A DNA stretch of 63,666 bases, the filler included, from Stramenopiles sp. TOSAG23-2 (Eukaryota), in assembly GCA_900128395.1 (NCBI GenBank). It is 7 parts of 7 records of this genome, joined end to end, with 100 filler letters (N's around TTAATTAATTAA, not from the genome) between each part and the next. Parts side by side here need not be neighbours in the genome. Positions count along the whole stretch, not along the records: positions 57,027 to 58,613 come from LT652648.1; positions 58,714 to 60,299 come from LT652649.1; positions 60,400 to 61,983 come from LT652650.1; positions 62,084 to 63,666 come from LT652651.1; 3 more parts are not named here. One strand, 5' to 3'. Positions within the stretch are counted from its first letter, which is position 1. The number at the start of each line of letters is the position of its first letter. The notes beneath the pieces were generated by a model, which was not told the DNA's origin, did not search any database, and was given only the letters and a program-made list of their open reading frames with translations. This document shows, piece by piece, positions 56,927 to 63,666 of the stretch. The position numbers and the translations under genes were made by a program.

Positions 56927-57026
56927 NNNNNNNNNNNNNNNNNNNNNNNNNNNNNNNNNNNNNNNNNNNNTTAATTAATTAANNNNNNNNNNNNNNNNNN
57001 NNNNNNNNNNNNNNNNNNNNNNNNNN
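56927..57026. other. Artificial contig spacer
   Basis: N44-TTAATTAATTAA-N44. Confidence 0.98.
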
Positions 57027-57068
57027 CATAAACACTATAACATGTTGTTTCTGAATTCGCGAAAAAAT

Positions 57069-57341
57069 TCAATGTTGTTTCAATTTTGCATTTGTTTTAA
57101 AACGCTTTTGACAATTATCAATATCACAATATCGCCATACAATCCCGATGTTGTGTATAAACATTTTATGCCTATTTAATTTCGTATTAGTTTTGAACTT
57201 CTTCTTGCAATTACCCACATCACAAGGGCACCAAATTACATTAATGTTATGGGTATGCATTTTGTGTATGTTCAAATTATTTCGTATTGTTGTTTTGTAT
57301 GATGAGCATAAATCACAATGGTAATAAACTTGCTTTGGCAT
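57069..57341 (-). CDS. C2H2 zinc-finger array fragment (third finger stops after its first His)
   Basis: C-x2/4-C-x12/13-H-x4-H fingers with HNIxxxWxxC linkers; TGA after LKQH near the contig end. Confidence 0.7.
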   Translation of the reverse strand: MPKQVYYHCDLCSSYKTTIRNNLNIHKMHTHNINVIWCPCDVGNCKKKFKTNTKLNRHKMFIHNIGIVWRYCDIDNCQKRFKTNAKLKQH

Positions 57342-58155
57342 AATCAATAATATATATATAGATAGATAGATAGATTCTATATTGAATTATAAATGGCGAA
57401 AAATGTACAATTGTAGATATAGTAGTACTTTCTTTTGTTTTGTTTTTTTGGTTTGTTTTTTATTATTTGAACTTCATCAAAAGTAATGAAAAAATTATTA
57501 ATACAGTGTAGTAATAAGTATAATAAATGTAGTATAATAATATGTATATAGGTATTATGAAATTCAAAAAAAAAAAAAAAACATTCTATCAATAAATTCC
57601 AGAATGGAATATCAAAAAGTTGTATTATGAATGATACCAGCTATACACACCTGTTAGCTAATCATCCACATTATTTATCCTTGTAATTTTTGATAGAATA
57701 AGGTGAATTTATGGAAAATAGGGATAACTATTTATAATACAAATATTAAAAAAAATGGAAATTGTTATTATTAATATTATCATTTTGGATACCTGTTTTT
57801 ACGTCTTACCAACACAAACCTCCTGGCAAATACTAATTATAAAGATACGATTTTAGATTACTTTGTGAAAAAAAACCTATCAAACGATCTATTTCAGGGG
57901 ATTACTTTGTGAAATGAAAATTTGATAGTGCTGTATGGTGGTAGATGGTAATCCTATGCTATTTGATGACAAGGGAGTAAAATCCTTAAATAGATGAATC
58001 CTATTATTAAAAGTTGGTAGTGTAAATTTAAATATACTAATTCTTATAACACTGTCATCCAAAAACTTAGTCTATTTGCTCTCAATAGCCATCATGTCAT
58101 ACAATGATACGAAGTACATATAGAAAAATATGATTTTGTTAAAAGAGAGCCAAGT

Positions 58156-58613
58156 TTATCCCTTTTTTAAAACAGCTTCCAATATTTTTTCCATATTCGC
58201 TTTCATCTCAGCTTTCATCTCGCTCATCTCAGCTTTCATCTCAGCTTTCATCTCGCTCATCTCAGCTTTCATCTCATTCATCTTAGCATCCATCATCGCA
58301 TTACTCTCTTTAATCTCCCTTTTCACCGCTTTTAACCTCCCTTCCCATTGAGATTGATTGCTCATCAAGGCACTTTCACCTGCTTCATCTTTTATCGTGC
58401 AAATATGCAAATATTCTTGTTTAAACAATTTATGTCTTTCACTAAAATCAATTAATAAATCCGCGCAAACTCTTGCTTTATATAGTTGTTTTATTTGCAC
58501 CATCGCCAGTTGCCAATAATCTACCATCATTTGAAAATGATACACTACGTACACTACCATCGTGTATAAATTCATGTATTTTTGTCTTTGATTTTACATC
58601 ATATATAGATTTA
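58156..58613 (-). CDS. Junction of a WD40 repeat fragment and a coiled-coil C-terminus like those of protist TRP-type channels
   Basis: 58613-58480 reads IYDVKSKTKIHEFIHDGSVRSVSFSNDGRLLATGDGANKTTI (WD40). Another frame continues KARVCADLL..YLH..QWEGRLKAVKREI..(EMKAEMS)n to TAA. Confidence 0.5.
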
Positions 58614-58713
58614 NNNNNNNNNNNNNNNNNNNNNNNNNNNNNNNNNNNNNNNNNNNNTTAATTAATTAANNNNNNNNNNNNNNNNNNNNNNNNNNNNNNN
58701 NNNNNNNNNNNNN
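58614..58713. other. Artificial contig spacer
   Basis: N44-TTAATTAATTAA-N44. Confidence 0.98.
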
Positions 58714-58870
58714 ATATATGACCTTGACTTTACATGTTGTCATATTCACAAATTAAGAAAAAAGAAACGAACAACATTGTTATTATTATTATTATCATTT
58801 TATTTTTTTTTAATTATAAATACGTGTGATTTAATTAATTAATTCGTACATCATTATATATATATATACA

Positions 58871-59998
58871 ATGGCATCCATTACTGAAGGTGCGAAAGCA
58901 CGTCAAGAAGCAATGGCTATGGAATTGAAATTTCATCAAGATAAGTTAAAACAATTAACTGGTTTAAGTACAAGTAATAATAGTAGTCGTATAAATAAAA
59001 AAGATAATGCTGAAAGTACTAGCATACATAATAAAGGTAAAGATAATAGTAACAGGAACAACAACAACAATATAACGTTAATTTTTGGCTATGCATCTGT
59101 TATATGGAAGCCTGGGTTTCCATTCGTCAATAAGTGGTGGGGATATATTAAAAATTATAATCGTAGGTTTTGGCAGGGATCACCTGACCATCGTGGCACA
59201 CCACGTCATCCGGGGCGTGTAGCAACCCTTTTACCAACAACAGTTGTAAATGGTTTAGAACAAAAAGAGGTAATGACAGCAACAGAATCAAAAACATGGG
59301 GTGTGGTTTTTGAAATAGATCCAAGCAACGCGGAAAATATTTTAGCACAGCTTGATCATCGTGAAAAAGCTGGTTTTGTTCGTGTAGTATTACCTATATA
59401 TTGTGAAGATGGTGTGACTAGAAATGCATTAGTATATTCAGCAACAGAATCAAATGAAAGTTTCTTAGGACCATCACACATTGATACTATGGGGTGGCAT
59501 ATATACAATTCAATGGGTCCAAGTGGTCCAAATAAAGAGTACTTATATAATTTATATGATGCATTAATAGTAGAAAAAAAATTAACTGATTTACATATTG
59601 AAAGTTTATATAAAGTATGTAAAAGCTTTGAAAATTTAATAGTTTGTGCTACATTAAGTGATTTTGAACAAAATCAAGATTTTTGTGCAAAATACTATGG
59701 ATTTGGTCGTCCAATTAAAGTTATAAATGTCGAATGGCCACATGTATTTTATCATTATATGAATGACGAAGATGATGCCAATGTTAACAATGAAGATAAA
59801 AATATAGTGCTCCATGCAAATGCATTATTTCATATAAGGCAAAAAACAAATGCATTTGTATTTAAAAATTTAGAAGATGAAGATGATGATGATAATAAGA
59901 ATAAGGATGAAGGAAATGGAAATACGAATATTGTTGATGATGATAAGAATGATGATGGTAGTGAGAGTAGTAGTAGTAGTAGTAGTGATAGTGATTAA
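58871..59998 (+). CDS. CHAC: Glutathione-specific gamma-glutamylcyclotransferase (ChaC family) with C-terminal extension
   Basis: FGYASVIWKPGF, RRFWQGSPDHRGTP..PGRVATL, LDHREK (catalytic Glu), GPSGPNKEYL. Confidence 0.9.
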   Translation: MASITEGAKARQEAMAMELKFHQDKLKQLTGLSTSNNSSRINKKDNAESTSIHNKGKDNSNRNNNNNITLIFGYASVIWKPGFPFVNKWWGYIKNYNRRFWQGSPDHRGTPRHPGRVATLLPTTVVNGLEQKEVMTATESKTWGVVFEIDPSNAENILAQLDHREKAGFVRVVLPIYCEDGVTRNALVYSATESNESFLGPSHIDTMGWHIYNSMGPSGPNKEYLYNLYDALIVEKKLTDLHIESLYKVCKSFENLIVCATLSDFEQNQDFCAKYYGFGRPIKVINVEWPHVFYHYMNDEDDANVNNEDKNIVLHANALFHIRQKTNAFVFKNLEDEDDDDNKNKDEGNGNTNIVDDDKNDDGSESSSSSSSDSD

Positions 59999-60127
59999 AT
60001 ATTTTTTTTAAAATAGACAATATACCTCGCGAGATATAACACAAGAGATGACTTTTTTAAAATTTTTACGAAGCATCAATGTAGTTTTCAAAAAATACTC
60101 TGTACCGAATTTATAGAACTGTTGCTT

Positions 60128-60298
60128 TTATTTTTTTTTTATTGAAACAAATGTTGCCATTTTATCCTTTACAAGTTCCTTTAATTCTTCTCTCATTTCA
60201 TATTTAGTTGATATATTCAGACCTGCTTCTTCAATTAAAACACCTTCATTAATTAAATTTAATAAATCTTCCGTAGTTACTTGTGCAAGTGGTGCATT
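60128..60298 (-). CDS. 3' end of an unidentified gene entering from the gap
   Basis: Open frame NAPLAQVTTEDLLNLINEGVLIEEAG..KMATFVSIKKK-TAA, convergent with CHAC. Confidence 0.5.
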   Translation of the reverse strand, partial: NAPLAQVTTEDLLNLINEGVLIEEAGLNISTKYEMREELKELVKDKMATFVSIKKK

Positions 60299-60299
60299 T

Positions 60300-60399
60300 N
60301 NNNNNNNNNNNNNNNNNNNNNNNNNNNNNNNNNNNNNNNNNNNTTAATTAATTAANNNNNNNNNNNNNNNNNNNNNNNNNNNNNNNNNNNNNNNNNNNN
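60300..60399. other. Artificial contig spacer
   Basis: N44-TTAATTAATTAA-N44. Confidence 0.98.
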
Positions 60400-60401
60400 C
60401 A

Positions 60402-61256
60402 ACATATGTTTTTATATATGTCCTAGGCTGGAGTGCAATTTTTTGGACATGGGGGTTTGGCTATTTATCTGTAAATGAAAATGTAATTAATAACGATCAG
60501 AACAAACAGAAAATTGATAACAGTTGGAAATTTATAATAACAAAAGGTTTTTTAAATCCACCTATGATAGCGAATTATGTGGCGTTTATCATTGGATTGA
60601 TATTACCATTAAAAAATTTGTTTCATGGGGATGCTGCTCCTTTAGCTTTTATTACAAATACAGTTGATATATTGGGTCAACCAGCAGTTGGTATTGTCAC
60701 TCTGATCATTAGTGGTACCCTTGGAAAAGTAATTATCCAATACATAGAAAGAAGAAACAACCACAAGAAGAAGACAAATGGTGAGAATGAAAATGAAAAT
60801 ATCAAATTGAAAGTGGAAAAGGAAGAGGAAAAGCCACCAAGTATTGGACGGGATGGTCAAGTAAATAAAAATCCATTGTTAAACATTGAGAAAGAAGGAA
60901 AAAAGGATTCATCAATCAAGCAGGAAATTGAAGAACCAAGCTATTCAACTGCTTGGTTAATAGCAAAACTATGCTTTCTAAGAGTTATTATAATTGGATC
61001 ATTACAATTTACATTTGTAGCTTTATTGATCCCTGTTGTTCTTCCACAAAATATTGATCCATTGATAAAGCTGATTTTATTAATTGAATGTATTCCTCCT
61101 TCAGCGAATTTAAATCTCGTTGTCAGTCAAATGGCTGGAAACATAAAAGCAGCCGAATTTTTGGCATTAGCATATGTATTTATGTATTTATTGATGTTAA
61201 TTACGATGATGTTTTATCTTTCCATTGCCATTTTTTTAGTGTATGGTAGTGGTTGA
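60402..61256 (+). CDS. AEC/PILS-like (Mem_trans) membrane transporter, C-terminal half, 5'-truncated
   Basis: Frame open from the contig edge: FWTWG, FLNPPMIA, PLK.LF, LGQPAV..L.G..L, LR.II, PPSA.NL and a final TM helix. Confidence 0.8.
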   Translation, partial: TYVFIYVLGWSAIFWTWGFGYLSVNENVINNDQNKQKIDNSWKFIITKGFLNPPMIANYVAFIIGLILPLKNLFHGDAAPLAFITNTVDILGQPAVGIVTLIISGTLGKVIIQYIERRNNHKKKTNGENENENIKLKVEKEEEKPPSIGRDGQVNKNPLLNIEKEGKKDSSIKQEIEEPSYSTAWLIAKLCFLRVIIIGSLQFTFVALLIPVVLPQNIDPLIKLILLIECIPPSANLNLVVSQMAGNIKAAEFLALAYVFMYLLMLITMMFYLSIAIFLVYGSG

Positions 61257-61983
61257 AAAAAGAAAGGCCTAGAGTGTGTGGAGTGCTAAAAAAAAATATT
61301 TTTTTTCATTGTGCCATATGCATATTATTTTTACTATTTTTACACGGTATAAAAAAATATTTTTTATATGTGTGTGTGATATTTTTATATAAATACAAGT
61401 ATATATATGATATACGTGTACTCGTATATATATCATATATGAGATATTATATAATTATACGAATACGTCTCCATATTTTATTTATGATTTGATGTACGAA
61501 TTCGTACGAGAAAACATTTTTAAAAGGAGCTCTTACGAGTTTTCTTCATCCGCATCATTATAAATTGCAAATGGAATTGCTCTAACAACAGCATCATCAT
61601 TATTATTATATGGTAGTGGTTGAAAAAAGAAAGGCCTAGAGTGTGTGGAGTGCTAAAAAAAAAAATGTTTTTTCATTTGTGCCATTATTTTACTAAAAAA
61701 AAATATAATATTATACGCGTATAAAAAAATATTTATGTGTGTGTGATATTTTATACAAGAGGATATATTATATATATATGATATACTTCGTACGTGTACT
61801 CGTATATATATATATATATAATATATATATTCGTATGATATTATATACGAATACGTCCATATTTTATTTATGATTTGATGTACGAGAAAACATTTTTAAA
61901 AGGAGCTCTTACGAGTTTTCTTCATCCTCATCATTATAAATTGCAAATGGAATTGCTCTAACAACAGCATCATCATTATTATT
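61242..61983. repeat. Diverged ~370-bp tandem pair (probably two alleles) covering the transporter stop, the intergenic region and the 3' end of a convergent gene
   Basis: 61242-61608 vs 61609-61983 share conserved ends with indels in the middle. The minus-strand tail reads DDAVVRAIPFAIYND(A/E)DEENS-TAA. Confidence 0.85.
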
Positions 61984-62083
61984 NNNNNNNNNNNNNNNNN
62001 NNNNNNNNNNNNNNNNNNNNNNNNNNNTTAATTAATTAANNNNNNNNNNNNNNNNNNNNNNNNNNNNNNNNNNNNNNNNNNNN
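61984..62083. other. Artificial contig spacer
   Basis: N44-TTAATTAATTAA-N44. Confidence 0.98.
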
Positions 62084-62677
62084 CGATATTACTTTTCCTA
62101 TTTTTTTAAAGCTATTAAAAACGGTACTCATTTTTAGATTGAATTTATTTACAAATATGGGATGATGTGACGATTGTGTACAGACGTATTTATATATATA
62201 TGTATGTCACACACACACACACACACAGAAAGAAAAAGATTCTCTCTGATATATAATTGAAATAGTAATATTAGATTATTTATTTTAGATTAGTTGCATT
62301 ACTCCTCCTCGAGTAAAATTCTGTACCTGGTAGTATATAAAAAGCATCACTAGTCGAGCTTGCCCAGCTTGCTCGACGCTTCTTCGCGAAGAGCGTCGTA
62401 TAAAGCATCACTAAATAGAATTTAATTTGCACCCCAATTTTTTACCAGGTATTAGTATAGTAATAAAGTAATAAATAATTTTATAATGTGACATGCGCAT
62501 ATCTAGGATTCAAATGACTTAACAAACATAGTGTAATTAGTATAATAATATTATAAAGTATTAAACCTTAAGTTTTGCTTTCTTATACATCAGAAAGAAC
62601 TCTCTTTGATTTACATTTACAGTACTAGTACTATTAGTACTGTACCTAATAAGTATCACAGTAGCTCCTGTGCTTCT

Positions 62678-62768
62678 CGCCGTGGAATAATCGCCACTTG
62701 CTGTGGTGTCATCGCCCATCGCCGTGGAATAATCGCTATTCGCTGTGGTGTCTTTGCCCATCGCCGTG
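62678..62768 (-). pseudogene. Fragment with two 14-aa YadA-head/Hep-Hag-like repeats
   Basis: TAMGKDTTANSDYS-TAMGDDTTASGDYS-TA; 42-bp period; GC-rich relative to flanks. Confidence 0.6.
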
Positions 62769-62808
62769 TCGTGGAAGCCCGGCCTCTTGCATATGACGTA
62801 AGTATAGT

Positions 62809-63413
62809 TTAAACAGCTGGTTTTTCTTGTACTACATAAGCTTGTTGTGCTACTGGCTGTTGTTGACCTTGTACCACATAATTTTGTTGCCCAACCATTT
62901 GAACTTGGACAACTGGTTGCTGAGCACCTCCATTTGCAGTCGAATGTGGCTCTTTAGAAGCCATAAATGCAAAAAAGGCAGCTAATCCTCTTGTTATGAT
63001 CAATAATGCAGCAAACATCATTATGATAAGTAAAAAGGTTTCAATTGCGCGCATAAGACATTCCATGTTTTGTCTTTAATATCAGTTTCCCATTGCATTT
63101 TAGTGGCATCATTTGAACCACTCATCATACAAACGCCTTTGCATTTTTTGCCCGATCCACAGCTTAAATCAGTTGTACAAACTTGTCTAGGTGAAACAGG
63201 TTTGTAAATTTTGTATTTGATTCCACTGCTATCGTTGTTGCTTGGTGGATTTTGTGCAATATGACAAAATAATATTGTAAGTAAAGCAGCAACTACACTG
63301 ATATAAAACAACAGTGCGCAAAATATAATTTCATTGGCCATTGTGCATCCACTCATACATCTCGCTCTTTTATATTTTGGATCATTATCATGTTGGTTTC
63401 CACAGCAACACAT
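62809..63413 (-). CDS. Probable small membrane protein (TM, Cys-rich loop, TM, Gln/Val-rich tail) with a frameshift near 63066-63075
   Basis: ORFs 63021..63413 and 62809..63066 overlap and supply complementary hydrophobic helices. Confidence 0.45.
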
Positions 63414-63666
63414 GTTTGTCTGTTTGTAATTTTCGTATTATTGTTTGTTTTGATTGTTGCATTGCAGAGCGAAAACGTGAGGAGAAACGAATAGCAAATC
63501 AACGACGGGCAGAAATTGAGCGACGAATAAATCCAAAAGATTTAGCATTATTTAGGGAACCGCACATATTTAATAAAATTTAGTTTTTACGCATCATATA
63601 TCGCATAACGCATATATATATATATGTGTTTTTCTCTTACTCATATGTTATATAAAATTCTTTTAC

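Noticed and set aside
27574-62083. Six TTAATTAATTAA palindromes inside N runs as a biological repeat
   Set aside because: Identical 100-bp spacers with all-frame stops between size-sorted contigs; they are artificial.
1-63666. Alternative genetic code or giant-virus genome
   Set aside because: Long conserved ORFs translate cleanly and end in TAA, TAG or TGA; spliceosomal introns and core eukaryotic genes are present; no viral hallmark genes were seen.

Overview
AT-rich, gene-dense, intron-poor eukaryotic nuclear DNA read in the standard code. The gene content (SHIPPO/ODF3, TTLL, IQ-WW, cathepsin, GH27, NSF) suggests a flagellated phagotrophic protist, perhaps a stramenopile, but that is inference. 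The window is not one locus. It is seven contigs (27573, 27566, 1587, 1587, 1586, 1584 and 1583 bp, i.e. sorted by size) joined by artificial N44-TTAATTAATTAA-N44 spacers, so adjacency across spacers means nothing. Inverted copies at contig ends and exact ~100-bp tandem duplications point to an amplified single-cell assembly and explain several apparent frameshifts. About 30 genes or gene fragments are identifiable, two with GT-AG introns that restore the frame. Best leads: (1) a class I cyclic-nucleotide phosphodiesterase with a tandem GDYIV (PGDYG-like) module where a regulatory domain would sit; (2) a Cx5R phosphatase fused to a short bacterial-type asparaginase with altered catalytic residues; (3) a TAZ zinc finger on a tubulin glutamylase; (4) a cathepsin-EGF-LRR fusion; (5) a non-coding grammar of TACGA/TCGTA palindromes in 3' flanks and locus-specific GC-rich micro-arrays in divergent promoters. 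No CRISPR array, rRNA, intact tRNA or transposase was seen.
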